Assembly (NCBI GenBank): GCA_027593235.1
Contig: JAQCIU010000017.1
Span: 272 to 64,271 of the forward strand
Direction of reading: 5' to 3'
Source of the DNA: Chloroflexota bacterium
GTDB taxonomy: Bacteria > Chloroflexota > Dehalococcoidia > UBA2979
DNA length: 64,000 nucleotides
The position numbers were made by a program, and so were the translations under genes. A model generated the notes under the pieces. It saw only the letters and a program-made list of their open reading frames with translations. It ran no database searches and was not told where the DNA came from. Shown piece by piece: positions 16,073-26,063 of the stretch; position 1 is the first letter of the stretch, and each line of letters opens with the position of its first letter.

Positions 16073-16113
16073 CGCATACCTGGCGCGCTAGTACCTGAAA
16101 CAGGCGCGAAGCG

Positions 16114-16350
16114 TCAGGAGGGGGTCGAAGACCCCTCGACACCGAAATCGTCCGGATCGTTCCAGTTCGTCGTCGCCATCGTGTAGCCGACCCAGAACGC
16201 CATCCCGGCGGCCGCCGCCAGCGCCGCGAACACTGGGATTGCCAGCACTACGTACGATCGCTTTGTGACCCCCAGCAGGAACGCACCCACCGTCAGGCCG
16301 GCAGCCCCCATCAGCGCCTGACCCGCGCGCCGCGTTTCCTCTTGCGTCAT
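16114..16350 (-). CDS. small two-TM membrane protein, function unknown
   Basis: 78 aa with two hydrophobic segments. Its start overlaps the stop of the upstream Trm112-like gene by 1 nt. Confidence 0.45.
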   Translation of the reverse strand: MTQEETRRAGQALMGAAGLTVGAFLLGVTKRSYVVLAIPVFAALAAAAGMAFWVGYTMATTNWNDPDDFGVEGSSTPS

Positions 16351-16568
16351 CAGGAACCGTGGCCGCTCGTCGGCGCAGCGCCGTCAATCGCCTCGCGCAG
16401 ATCCGGCGGCAGCAAGTTCGGGATCCCGTCCGCAATCGGGTAGCTGTGACCCTCGGCGCAGCGCAGCGTGCCTTCCAGCACCTCGCCGTCCGCCTCGCGC
16501 GTCACCTCCAGCGTCAGTGCGCTCTTCGTCACCGGGCAGACCAGGATGTCCATTAGGTCGCGTCGCAT
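16350..16568 (-). CDS. Trm112/YbaR-family zinc-ribbon-like protein
   Basis: LMDILVCPVTKSAL...LRCAEGHSYPIADGIPNLLP is the typical Trm112p-like (DUF343) pattern. Confidence 0.7.
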   Translation of the reverse strand: MRRDLMDILVCPVTKSALTLEVTREADGEVLEGTLRCAEGHSYPIADGIPNLLPPDLREAIDGAAPTSGHGS

Positions 16569-16734
16569 TCAGGATCCTCGGGCTTCCCGCCGGCGCTGAG
16601 TGGAACGACACACGCGGCGGCGCCGATCATAGGGAGCCGGTCCCAGCCGGGCAACGCGCGCCCAACGCCCGCTGGAGGCCACCAGCGCTCGCCGCTAGAC
16701 TCGCCCTGCTCCAGCAGCCTCCCGAGGTGCCATC

Positions 16735-17436
16735 TTGACCGATGCCGATCCGTCGCGGTCCCACGCCGGTACCTCGGTGATCCACCTGCACCGCGCCATC
16801 GCCCGCATCTCCCCGGATGTCATCGCCGTGAAGCAGGCGCGCACCGGCCTCGTCGGCCCCTTCATCGAAATCGTCCTCACCCTCCTCGCCGTGTTCGCCA
16901 TCGCCCGCTACATCAACTCACTCCCGCTCTTCGTCCTCTTCCTCCTGCTCCTGCTCGTCATCGTGCTCGGGCCGCTCGGGGTCATCGGCCTCGTCAACAA
17001 CGTCGCCGGCACCAGCTTCCTGATGGAACGCGCCAAATATTCCGCTCGCTGGCAGCAGGGCCTGCTCGGCATGGGCATCGGCACCTACGAACTCGTCCCC
17101 TTCAACCGCATCCAACACTTCGCCGTCATCACCGACTACGACGACGTCCTCGCCTCCGGCATCGAACAGGACGTCGTGCACTGGGAGATCGTCCTCGTCA
17201 AAGACAACGACCGCGAACTCGCCGTCGGCAGCGTCGTCGCCGCCCGCTCGCTCGCCCTCGAGGCCGGCCAGCGCGCCAACGCGCTTGCCACCGCCCTCGG
17301 CGAGATGTCGGCCGCCACCGTCCGCCTCGGCGACCTCGAGGGCATCGAGGATCCCGAGGCCGCTCCCCCGGAGGAGGTCACCACCTCCGAGGAGTACGAT
17401 GCCGGCAACACCCAAACATCGCCTGACCACCGCTGA
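16735..17436 (+). CDS. membrane protein, function unknown
   Basis: 233 aa with a TTG start after GAGGTG. It has two N-terminal TM helices, then a soluble domain and an acidic tail. No motif was recognised. Confidence 0.5.
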   Translation: MTDADPSRSHAGTSVIHLHRAIARISPDVIAVKQARTGLVGPFIEIVLTLLAVFAIARYINSLPLFVLFLLLLLVIVLGPLGVIGLVNNVAGTSFLMERAKYSARWQQGLLGMGIGTYELVPFNRIQHFAVITDYDDVLASGIEQDVVHWEIVLVKDNDRELAVGSVVAARSLALEAGQRANALATALGEMSAATVRLGDLEGIEDPEAAPPEEVTTSEEYDAGNTQTSPDHR

Positions 17437-17447
17437 CGGAGGTACCA

Positions 17448-17852
17448 ATGGACCGCGCGATCGAACTCATGCGGGACGCCCGCACCATCGCCGTCGTCGG
17501 CGTCTCCTCCAACCCCGACCGACCCTCCAACGAGGTCGCCAGCTATCTCATGGAGCACGGCTTCACCGTCTACATGGTCAACCCCACCGAGACCGAAGTG
17601 CTCGGCCAACCCGCCTACGCCAGCGTTCGTGACCTCCCGGAATCCGTCGACATCGTCGATATCTTCCGCCGCTCCGCGGACGTCCCGCCCGTCGTCGATG
17701 ACGCCATCGCCGCCGGTGCCAGAGCCGTCTGGATGCAGCTCGAGATCGTCCATGAGGAAGCCGCCGCCCTCGCCCGCACCGCCGGCCTGGAGGTCGTCAT
17801 GGACAAATGCACCAAGATCGAACACGCCCGCCTCGGCCGGGCGGAAGCCTGA
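17448..17852 (+). CDS. CoA-binding domain protein (YccU/YneT-like)
   Basis: IAVVGVSSNPDRPSNEVASYLMEHGFTVYMVNP...VDIVDIFR pattern. Confidence 0.75.
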   Translation: MDRAIELMRDARTIAVVGVSSNPDRPSNEVASYLMEHGFTVYMVNPTETEVLGQPAYASVRDLPESVDIVDIFRRSADVPPVVDDAIAAGARAVWMQLEIVHEEAAALARTAGLEVVMDKCTKIEHARLGRAEA

Positions 17853-17972
17853 ACGGGCTCATCGTCCGGGCGATCGAGCCGAAACTGTAACCACAGCTTC
17901 TCAATTCGACTCGAACCGGCGGAGCCGCGTGATACAATCTCCCTCTAGCGGGCCAGCTCGAAAGTCGCTCGG

Positions 17973-19460
17973 TTGACACATAGCCTTCGTGAGAAGTGCG
18001 GCGTGTTTGGTGTCTTCGCCCCGCGCGAGGACGTAGCGAGACTTACCTTCTTCGGGCTCCACGCCCTCCAACATCGCGGCCAGGAATCAGCAGGCATCGC
18101 CACCAGCGACGGTGAGCGGATCCGCGTCTTTGCCGAAATGGGCCTCGTCACCCAGATCTTCGATGAACGCGCGCTCGCTGGTCTTCCGGGCACCCACGCC
18201 ATCGGCCACACGCGCTATTCAACCAGCGGTTCCAGCAAGGTCGAGAACGCCCAGCCGTTCCTCGTCAAAGGACCCAACGGCCCCCTCGCTGTCGCCCACA
18301 ACGGCAACATCGTCAACGCCGAGCTGCTCCGCGAGGGCCTCGAATCCGAGGGCATCGCGTTCGAAGCCTCCAGCGACACCGAGGTCATCGCGCGCCTCCT
18401 CGTCAACGCCTCCGGCGAAAGCTGGGAACAGCGCTTCGCCCAACTCATGCGCCGCGCCAGCGGTGCCTACTCGCTCACCATCCTCTCGCCGGACGGTGTC
18501 TTCGCCGCCCGTGACCCCATGGGCGTCCGTCCGCTCTGCATCGGCGAACTGGACGGCGGCTACGTCTTCGCCTCCGAAACCTGCGCGCTTGATCACCTCG
18601 GTGCCCGCTTCGTGCGTGAAGTCGAGCCGGGCGAGGTCGTGCGCGCTGACGCGACCGGCCTGACCTCCTGGTTCCCCGTTGGTCGGCGTGATCTCACCGT
18701 CCTCAGCCCACAGCGCCTCTGCCTCCTCGAATTCATCTACTTCGCGCGTCCTGACTCCCACATGGGCGGGCAGCTGCTCCACCCCGTGCGCATGCGCCTC
18801 GGCGCCGCGCTCGCGCGCCAGCACCCCGTCGAGGCCGATCTCGTTATCGGTGTCCCGGACTCCGCCACCGCCGCCGCGATCGGCTACTCGCAGGAATCCG
18901 GGATCCAGTACGCCGAGGGCCTGATCAAGAACCGCTACGTTGGACGGACCTTCATCCAGCCCAACCAGCGCCTGCGCGAACAGGGCGTCCAGCTCAAATT
19001 CAATCCGCTCGCGGAAGTCATCAAGGGCAAGCGCCTCGTCGTCGTCGATGACTCAATCGTCCGCGGCACCACCACCCCGCGCGTCGTCAAGATGCTCCGC
19101 GACGCCGGCGCTGCCGAAATCCACCTCCGCATCACCTCCCCGCCGATCAAGCACCCCTGCTTCTACGGGGTCGACATGGCCACCCGCGGCGAACTCATCG
19201 CCGCGCACAACGATCTCGAGGAGATCCGCCAGCACGTCGGCGCGGACACGCTCGAGTACCTCTCCATCGAATCCACCGTCGAAGCCACCAATACCGGCGT
19301 CGGCACCCACTGCACCGCCTGCTTCACCGGCGACTACCCCGGTGAAGTCCCCCTCCAGCTCGACAAGTTCGCGCTCGAGGCCAGCGCCGAGGACATCGCC
19401 CGCGATCGACACGCCCTCCCCGTCATCGAGCGCGTCGAGTTGGAACGTGTCGAGGTCTGA
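17973..19460 (+). CDS. purF: amidophosphoribosyltransferase
   Basis: CGVFGVF active-site Cys after a short propeptide, the PRT motif VVVDDSIVRGTT, and C-terminal Cys residues. TTG start. An extended -10 TG-A-TACAAT lies at 17930-17938. Confidence 0.9.
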   Translation: MTHSLREKCGVFGVFAPREDVARLTFFGLHALQHRGQESAGIATSDGERIRVFAEMGLVTQIFDERALAGLPGTHAIGHTRYSTSGSSKVENAQPFLVKGPNGPLAVAHNGNIVNAELLREGLESEGIAFEASSDTEVIARLLVNASGESWEQRFAQLMRRASGAYSLTILSPDGVFAARDPMGVRPLCIGELDGGYVFASETCALDHLGARFVREVEPGEVVRADATGLTSWFPVGRRDLTVLSPQRLCLLEFIYFARPDSHMGGQLLHPVRMRLGAALARQHPVEADLVIGVPDSATAAAIGYSQESGIQYAEGLIKNRYVGRTFIQPNQRLREQGVQLKFNPLAEVIKGKRLVVVDDSIVRGTTTPRVVKMLRDAGAAEIHLRITSPPIKHPCFYGVDMATRGELIAAHNDLEEIRQHVGADTLEYLSIESTVEATNTGVGTHCTACFTGDYPGEVPLQLDKFALEASAEDIARDRHALPVIERVELERVEV

Positions 19461-19559
19461 GCACGCTCGCAATCAACCGCTGCCCCGGCCACTGTCGTCA
19501 GCCGTGATCGACGCGTACCCTCCGCACCTGCAACAGCCCCCTCCCCGCGGGACGACGGC

Positions 19560-20633
19560 ATGACCGACTCACCTCAAACCACTCCACTGCGCTACGTCGA
19601 CGCTGGCGTCGATGTCGACGCTGCCGATGCCACCGTGCGCCAGTTCGCGGCCATCGCCCGCCGCACCATGCGCCCCGAAGTGTTGTCCGGCGTCGGATTG
19701 TTCGCGGGTTTGTTTCGCGTCCCAGAGGGCTACCGCGATCCGGTGCTGGTCGCGAGCGCGGACGGCGTTGGCACCAAGCTGCTGATCGCCGCCGCGCTCG
19801 AACGCTTCGACACCATCGGCGCCGATCTCGTCAATCACTGCGTCAACGACATCCTCACCACCGGCGCCCGACCGCTCTTCTTCCTGGACTACCTCGCCAC
19901 CGCCGATCTCTCGCAGGAGCGCCGTGTCGAACTCGTCGGCGGCATCGGCGAAGCCTGCCGCGCCCAGAACGTCGCCCTCCTCGGCGGCGAGACCGCCGAC
20001 ATGCCAGACGTCTATCGCTCCGGCGACTTCGATCTCGCCGGCTTCATCGTCGGCATCGTCGAACGCGATCAGGCCATCGAGAGCTCTCGCCTCACCGTCG
20101 GTGACGTCCTCGTCGCCCTCCCCTCTGGTGGCCTCCAGACCAACGGCTACTCGCTCGTCCGCGAAATCTGGGCCATCGGCAAGGGCCTCGGCGCTGACCA
20201 CGATCGCGCGGCGCTCGAGACCACCTACGAGGAGCTGGGCGGCACCCTGGGCGACGCCCTACTCGCCATTCACCCCTCCTTCGTCACCGAGCTGGAGCCC
20301 CACCTCGGCGCCCTCCACGGCATCGCCCACATCACGGGTGGTGGCATCCCCGGCAACCTCTCTCGCCTCTTCACCGGCCCCGCCGAACACCTCGGCGCCC
20401 GCATCGACGCCAGCTCGTGGGAGATCCCCGCGATCTTCCAGCTCATCCAACGCACCGGCGGCATCGAGGATGGCGAGATGTACCGCGCCTTCAACATGGG
20501 CGCCGGCATCATCGTTGCCATGGACCAGGCCGCGGCCAGCAGCCTCATCGCCGATCAGCCCCAGGCCTGGCGCATCGGTGAGATCGTCCAGCGTGCCCCG
20601 GGTGCTCCCCCTGTCGCCGGGCTTCCCGCCTAG
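19560..20633 (+). CDS. purM: phosphoribosylformylglycinamidine cyclo-ligase
   Basis: DGVGTKL, DLVNHCVNDIL and LLGGETA motifs. Confidence 0.9.
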   Translation: MTDSPQTTPLRYVDAGVDVDAADATVRQFAAIARRTMRPEVLSGVGLFAGLFRVPEGYRDPVLVASADGVGTKLLIAAALERFDTIGADLVNHCVNDILTTGARPLFFLDYLATADLSQERRVELVGGIGEACRAQNVALLGGETADMPDVYRSGDFDLAGFIVGIVERDQAIESSRLTVGDVLVALPSGGLQTNGYSLVREIWAIGKGLGADHDRAALETTYEELGGTLGDALLAIHPSFVTELEPHLGALHGIAHITGGGIPGNLSRLFTGPAEHLGARIDASSWEIPAIFQLIQRTGGIEDGEMYRAFNMGAGIIVAMDQAAASSLIADQPQAWRIGEIVQRAPGAPPVAGLPA

Positions 20634-20698
20634 CGCCACCCCGCCGGACGCACCCGCGGACCGCCCGCGCCAGGGGTAGCAACGGAACAGGAACAGCA

Positions 20699-22276
20699 AT
20701 GCGCGCCATCCTCGCCGTCTACGACAAGCGCGACATCGTCGACTTCGCCCGTGGCCTCCACGACATGGGCTGGGAACTCGTCGGCACCGGCGGCACCGCC
20801 CGCACGATCGCCGAAGCCGGACTCCCCATCACCGAGGTCGCCGATCTCACCGGCAGCCCGGAAATGCTCGGCGGCCGCGTCAAGACGCTCCACCCCGCCG
20901 TCCACGGCGGCATCCTCTACCGCCGCGGCCACGCCGGCGATGAAGCAGAAGTCGCCCTCTACGAAGTCCCCGCCATCGACCTCGTCGCCGGGAACCTCTA
21001 CCCCTTTATCGAGACGGTCACCGGCCGCACCGTCGATCTCGCCGAAGCACTCGAACAAATCGACATCGGCGGCCCCACCATGATCCGCGCCGCCGCCAAG
21101 AATCACCCGTGGGTGCTCCCCGTCGTCAGCCCGGATGACTACCCGACCGTCCTCGAAGCGCTCCGCGCTGCCGGTGGCCCCGAGGGCGTCCCGCTCGACC
21201 TCCGCCGTCGCCTCGCCGCGAAAGCCTTCCAGCACGTCGCCCACTACGACACCGCGGTCGCCGAATACCTCCGCGAAGACGACGACCCCTTCCCCGCCCA
21301 GTTCACCACCGCCGCCACGCTCATCCAGCAGAACCGCTACGGCGAGAACCCCCACCAGCGCGGCGCCTTCTACCGCGCCGACTCCGTCCACGCCCCCGCC
21401 GAAGGCATCGGCGGCTTCCGCCAGCACCACGGCAAAGCCATGTCCTACGTCAACTTCCTGGACGCCGACGCCGCCTACAACCTCGCCGCCGACTTCGAAA
21501 CCCCCGCCGTCGCGATCATCAAACACACCAACCCCGCTTGCTTCGCGACCTCCGCCGACTCGAGCACCGTCAGCGCCCTCTACGAACGCGCTCTCGCCGA
21601 AGGCGACTTCGTCTCCGCCTACGGCGGCATCGTCGCCACCAACCGCGTCGTCGACATGGCCTTCGCCACCGCGCTCCGCGACGTCCGCAGCCCCGGATCC
21701 GACACCCGCATGTTCTACGAAATCGTCATCGCCCCCGGTTACGAACCGGACGCCCTCGAGCACCTCAAGAAGAAGTCCAAAGACCTCCGCATCCTCACCG
21801 CCCCGCTCGGCGACCCCCACCGCCCCCACCTCGAAGTGCGATCCGTCCGCGGCGGCCTCCTCGTCCAGGACAGCGACGTCTCCATCGACACCCGCTTCGA
21901 CCTCGTCAGCGACCGCCCCCTCACCCCCGCCGAGGACCGCGACCTCCGGGTCGGCTGGATCGTCTCCAAGCACGTCAAATCCAACGCCGTGGTCTTCGTC
22001 AAAGACGGCGTCATGATCGGCATGGGCGCCGGCCAGCCCAACCGCGTCGGCAGCGCCAGACTCTGCGCCGAACAAGCCGGCGAACGCGCCCGCGGCGCCG
22101 TCGCCGCCACCGACGCCCTCATCCCCTTCCCCGACACCGTGGAGGTCTGCGCCGCCGCCGGCTGCACCGTCGTCGCCCACACCGGCGGATCAATCCGCGA
22201 CGACGAATCCATCGCCGCCGCCAACCGCCTCAACGTCTCCCTCGTCACCACCGGCGTCCGCCACTTCCGCCACTAG
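20699..22276 (+). CDS. purH: bifunctional AICAR transformylase / IMP cyclohydrolase
   Basis: N-terminal MGS-like domain (SVYDK-type start, GTGGTA, GGRVKTLHP), a C-terminal AICARFT domain and the terminal HFRH. Confidence 0.9.
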   Translation: MRAILAVYDKRDIVDFARGLHDMGWELVGTGGTARTIAEAGLPITEVADLTGSPEMLGGRVKTLHPAVHGGILYRRGHAGDEAEVALYEVPAIDLVAGNLYPFIETVTGRTVDLAEALEQIDIGGPTMIRAAAKNHPWVLPVVSPDDYPTVLEALRAAGGPEGVPLDLRRRLAAKAFQHVAHYDTAVAEYLREDDDPFPAQFTTAATLIQQNRYGENPHQRGAFYRADSVHAPAEGIGGFRQHHGKAMSYVNFLDADAAYNLAADFETPAVAIIKHTNPACFATSADSSTVSALYERALAEGDFVSAYGGIVATNRVVDMAFATALRDVRSPGSDTRMFYEIVIAPGYEPDALEHLKKKSKDLRILTAPLGDPHRPHLEVRSVRGGLLVQDSDVSIDTRFDLVSDRPLTPAEDRDLRVGWIVSKHVKSNAVVFVKDGVMIGMGAGQPNRVGSARLCAEQAGERARGAVAATDALIPFPDTVEVCAAAGCTVVAHTGGSIRDDESIAAANRLNVSLVTTGVRHFRH

Positions 22277-22504
22277 CCCCCGCTCCGTCTACCGCTAGTT
22301 CCGAATCCCAGCGCGACACCGCCTGTTCCCGGTCCGTTTCCGTCGTAGGTGGGTCTAGCGGTACGTAACAGCCTCCGCACCAGCCGACGCCTTCACCCTA
22401 AACGCGACACTCCGCCCGCAACGCGAGAGACTGAAACCCCGGTCGAAACCCACCCCCCGCCCACGAGCGCGCGCCCACTCGGCCCGCAGGGAGGACCAGC
22501 ACCC

Positions 22505-23245
22505 GTGGCCACAGTCGACCTCGTCATCCCCTGCTACAACGAAGCCCACGTCCTCCCGACCAGCATCAAACAAACCCTCGCCTTCCTCGACGGGCACCCC
22601 GAACACCAGTGGCGCGTCGTCATCGCCGACAACGCCTCCACCGATCGCACCCTTGCCGTCGCTCAAGAACTCCAGGCGGCCAACCCCGGTCGCGTCGTCG
22701 CGCTCCACATTCCCGTCAAAGGCCGCGGCCTCGCCCTCCGCACCGCCTGGATCACCTCAGATGCCGACGTCTGCGCCTACATGGACGTCGACCTCTCCAC
22801 CGACCTCAATCACCTACCCGCCCTCGTCGACCCACTCGCCGCCGGCCAGGGCGACCTCTCCTACGGCACCCGGCTCCATCGCGACTCCCAGACCACCCGC
22901 GGCTGGAAGCGCGAAATCATCTCCCGTTGCTACATCCAGATCCTCAGGTGGGGTGGCGGCCTTCGCGCCAGCGACGCCCAGTGCGGATTCAAAGGCATCC
23001 GTACCGACGCCGCCCGCGCCCTGCTTCCCGTCGTCGAAGACACCGGCTTCTTCTTTGACTCCGAGTTGCTGCTGATCGCCCAGCACAACGGCTACCGTCT
23101 GATCGAAGTCCCCGTGAAGTGGACCGACGACCCCGACACCCGGGTCAACGTCTGGCGAACCGCCGTCGCTAACCTCAAAGGCCTCTGGCGCCTGCGCCGT
23201 GGCGGCTTCCCCAAAGCGGTCCGCGCATCCGACGACTTGACGTAA
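22505..23245 (+). CDS. family-2 glycosyltransferase (polyprenyl-phosphate sugar synthase-like)
   Basis: VDLVIPCYNE, DNASTDRT and YMDVDLS (DxD) motifs. The GTG at 22505 follows AGGGAGGA. The ORF is open from 22349, so the start is uncertain. Confidence 0.7.
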   Translation: MATVDLVIPCYNEAHVLPTSIKQTLAFLDGHPEHQWRVVIADNASTDRTLAVAQELQAANPGRVVALHIPVKGRGLALRTAWITSDADVCAYMDVDLSTDLNHLPALVDPLAAGQGDLSYGTRLHRDSQTTRGWKREIISRCYIQILRWGGGLRASDAQCGFKGIRTDAARALLPVVEDTGFFFDSELLLIAQHNGYRLIEVPVKWTDDPDTRVNVWRTAVANLKGLWRLRRGGFPKAVRASDDLT

Positions 23246-23303
23246 CAAAGCGGCCGCGCGATCGAACCGCGACCTGTCAGAACTCGCTCGTGGGACGGTT
23301 TCC

Positions 23304-23332
23304 TTGACCCTACATGGGGCGATGGCTAATTT
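23304..23332 (+). promoter_or_regulatory. candidate sigma-70-type promoter of the bc-complex operon
   Basis: TTGACC (23304-23309), a 17-bp spacer, then TAATTT (23327-23332). Confidence 0.4.
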
Positions 23333-23407
23333 CGCCATACCTTCGACGGCGCCGCCGTGCGGAGGACGGGTTTGTGAGCGCCGAATCTCCGGCGGTAGGA
23401 GGCAATC

Positions 23408-23509
23408 GTGATTGGTGAAGGCGAAGGGCTAGAACTGCTCGCCGTGTTTGTCACCTTCATGCTTGGCCTCGGAATCATGGTCGTGCTCGGGAAATGGTGG
23501 GAGGCGTAG
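23408..23509 (+). CDS. 33-aa single-TM mini-protein upstream of cytochrome b
   Basis: The GTG follows AGGAGG at a 5-nt spacing. The product is VIGEGEGLELLAVFVTFMLGLGIMVVLGKWWEA, with one hydrophobic helix. It is too short for the supplied ORF track. Confidence 0.35.
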   Translation: MIGEGEGLELLAVFVTFMLGLGIMVVLGKWWEA

Positions 23510-23556
23510 CCATGCTGCGTCGCCGACAATCCGTGAACGAGAAGCTGGGGTAACTG

Positions 23557-24312
23557 ATGGCGACGAGTGAGCAGCCACAGGGCCGATCGCTTGGTGATCG
23601 TCTCTATGACGGGGCCTTCAAGAACCGCCTCTGGAAGTCCATCTTCCGATCCGGCTACCCCAACACCCCCCGTAACCAGATGCTTGCCGTTGCCACCAAC
23701 GTCTTCCTGCACCTCCACCCCACCCGCATTCACCGCACCCACGTCAAGATCACCCACACTTTCTGCCTGGGTGGCCTCTCCTTCTTCCTCTTCCTCGGCC
23801 TCACCATCACCGGCGTCCTGCTGATGTTCTATTACGTCCCCTCCATCGAACGGGCGTACGGCGACATCCTCGCGCTCGATACCGACGTCCGCTTCGGCAA
23901 GCTCATGCGCAACATGCACCGCTGGATGGCGCACGGCATGGTGCTCACCGTCCTCATGCACATGATGCGAGTCTTCTACACCGGCGCGTACAAGCCGCCG
24001 CGCGAATTCAACTGGGTCGTCGGCGTCGTGCTGCTCGTCCTCACCCTGCTGCTCTCCTTCACCGGCTACCTCTTGCCGTGGGACCAGCTCGCCCTCTGGG
24101 CCATCACCGTCGGTACCAACATGATTGGTTCCGCCCCGCTGCTCGGTGAGCCCAACCGCTTCATCCTCGTCGGTGGATTCCAGGTCGGACAGTCCGCCCT
24201 CATCCGCTTCTACACCCTCCATGTCATCGGATTGCCGTTACTCGCGGCAGTCTTCATGACCGTTCACTTCTGGCGAATCCGCCGCGACGGCGGCCTGGCA
24301 CGGCCGCTCTAG
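23557..24312 (+). CDS. cytochrome b (b6-type, N-terminal four-helix haem-binding half)
   Basis: [27 protein letters not shown] and [12 protein letters not shown] provide the haem-ligand His pairs, plus PWDQLALWA. 251 aa, the size of a split cytochrome b. Confidence 0.85.
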   Translation: MATSEQPQGRSLGDRLYDGAFKNRLWKSIFRSGYPNTPRNQMLAVATNVFLHLHPTRIHRTHVKITHTFCLGGLSFFLFLGLTITGVLLMFYYVPSIERAYGDILALDTDVRFGKLMRNMHRWMAHGMVLTVLMHMMRVFYTGAYKPPREFNWVVGVVLLVLTLLLSFTGYLLPWDQLALWAITVGTNMIGSAPLLGEPNRFILVGGFQVGQSALIRFYTLHVIGLPLLAAVFMTVHFWRIRRDGGLARPL

Positions 24313-24360
24313 TGGCCAGCGTGACGAAGCCGTACGGGCAGGATCAGAACGGGAGCCATC

Positions 24361-25278
24361 ATGGCGGTTGCTGAACAGGCACAGCCGGCTTCACGAGCGG
24401 TACGCGCTCGCGCGCGCCGCGTCCGTGAGGAAGAACTGCTCGTCTGGCCGGATCTCGTCTTCGTCGAGTTCATCTCGGCCGTGCTCTTCCTCGGCCTCAT
24501 CGCCATTCTCTCGATCATGGTCGACGCCATCCTCCTCGATCAGGCGAACCCCGCCGTCACCCCGAACCCCTCCAAGGCGCCCTGGTACTTCCTCAACCTC
24601 CAGGAACTGCTGCTCCACATGCACCCGGCCCTCGCCGGCGTCATCGTCCCGACCGTTGCCTTGATCGCGCTCGGCGCGATCCCCTACTTCGACACCTCCA
24701 ACGAGTACCAGGGCGAATGGCTCTCGAGCCCCCGCGCCTGGCCGAACCTCATCACCGGCGCCATCGTCGGTGCCATCGGCACCACCCTGCTGATCTTCTA
24801 CGACGCCTCCTTCCACGTTCGTATCTTCGAATGGATCGCCAACCCTGGCGAAAACCGCTTCCTCCCCGGCACCACCGAGGACAACCCCGCCTTCAACGGC
24901 TGGCCGGAGAAACTCAACTTCCTCAAGAGCCTCCGTTCACTCCAGACCGAAGTGAACTGGCCCGACGAACTCACCCAAATCCCCCTGGGATCGAAGGTGC
25001 TGCGGACCGACCTCCTCGGCCTCCCAGCGATCGACCTCGACGTCAATTTCCCGGCGATGATTGTCGAGCAGATCATTCCCGTGACGATGATGGTCGGCCT
25101 CCCGCTCCTGCTGTCGGCGGTGGCCTGGAAGCTCAAACTTGCGCAGACGAAGCGCGATCACATGATTCTGCAGTTCAGCGGCTTCATCGCCGTCTACGTG
25201 ACCCTGACCATCATCGGAACGTTCTTCCGCGGGCAGGGGCTCGAGCTGGTGCCGTACACGATCTTCGCGGAACACTAG
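24361..25278 (+). CDS. cytochrome b C-terminal/subunit IV-like protein with an extended C-terminus
   Basis: WPDLVFVEF and the NPSKAPWYFLNLQELL (PEWY-region-like) motif. About 200 further residues carry additional TM helices. Confidence 0.75.
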   Translation: MAVAEQAQPASRAVRARARRVREEELLVWPDLVFVEFISAVLFLGLIAILSIMVDAILLDQANPAVTPNPSKAPWYFLNLQELLLHMHPALAGVIVPTVALIALGAIPYFDTSNEYQGEWLSSPRAWPNLITGAIVGAIGTTLLIFYDASFHVRIFEWIANPGENRFLPGTTEDNPAFNGWPEKLNFLKSLRSLQTEVNWPDELTQIPLGSKVLRTDLLGLPAIDLDVNFPAMIVEQIIPVTMMVGLPLLLSAVAWKLKLAQTKRDHMILQFSGFIAVYVTLTIIGTFFRGQGLELVPYTIFAEH

Positions 25279-25332
25279 GGAACGGCCACCCCGCCGCCGC
25301 GCTGAGGTGCGGCTGCTGGAGGGAGCATCGAA

Positions 25333-26019
25333 GTGGCGAACGAGACACAGACACCGGACGCTCCGGCGGAACGCGCCTCGGCTACCGATGCCTGGCGCGA
25401 GGCGCTCGCCTCGCGTCGGACAGAGTTGGCTGCGCCCGAGTCGGTGCCGACGACCCAGGCTGCGCCGATCGAGATGGATGTATCGCGCCGCAACTTCCTG
25501 CGCGCGTCGTTCTGGACCGGGCTCGGCGTCACGCTTGGCGGCGGCGTTGCGCTCTTCGTCGACTTCTTCTATCCGCGGAACGTGAAGGGGTTCGGTGGCC
25601 CGGTGGCTGCCGGCAACGTGACCGAGTACCTGCGTGGCGCTCCGCCGGTGGCGAACAGCGCCGGCCAGTTCTGGATCGCCAACCTCGATCCGACCGACAT
25701 GGCCGACAACGGCACCGGCGGCGGCGAGGGCCTGATCGCGCTCTGGCGGAAGTGCCCGCACCTCGGATGCACGGTGCCGTGGCTGCCCGGTGCGAGCGTC
25801 GAGGTGTCCAGTGACACGAGCTGGTATCAGTGCCCGTGCCATGGATCCACGTACACCAAGTCAGGGATCCGCGTGTTCGGCCCGGCGCCGCGCTCGATGG
25901 ACACCATGGCGATCGAGATTGACGACGCCGGCAACGTCACCGTCCAGACCGGCTCCATCACATCCGGTGGTCCCGACAATCCGGAGCGCGCGGTCACGCA
26001 CCCGCTGCTTCCCACCTAG
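25333..26019 (+). CDS. Rieske [2Fe-2S] subunit
   Basis: CPHLGCTV and CPCHGSTY boxes, and a twin-arginine motif SRRNFLRAS about 50 aa from the proposed GTG start. An alternative ATG lies at 25474. Confidence 0.85.
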   Translation: MANETQTPDAPAERASATDAWREALASRRTELAAPESVPTTQAAPIEMDVSRRNFLRASFWTGLGVTLGGGVALFVDFFYPRNVKGFGGPVAAGNVTEYLRGAPPVANSAGQFWIANLDPTDMADNGTGGGEGLIALWRKCPHLGCTVPWLPGASVEVSSDTSWYQCPCHGSTYTKSGIRVFGPAPRSMDTMAIEIDDAGNVTVQTGSITSGGPDNPERAVTHPLLPT

Positions 26020-26063
26020 GCGAGCATCTTGCAGACCCACCCGGCCCGCGGAACGGTGATCGC

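Noticed and set aside
23250-23320. Possible tRNA on the minus strand, suggested by GGTTCGATCG (a T-loop-like sequence). A similar GGGGTTCGATCGCC lies near 13575-13600.
   Set aside because: No complementary acceptor stem, no anticodon or D arms of correct spacing, and the T-stem is only 4 bp. It is not a tRNA.
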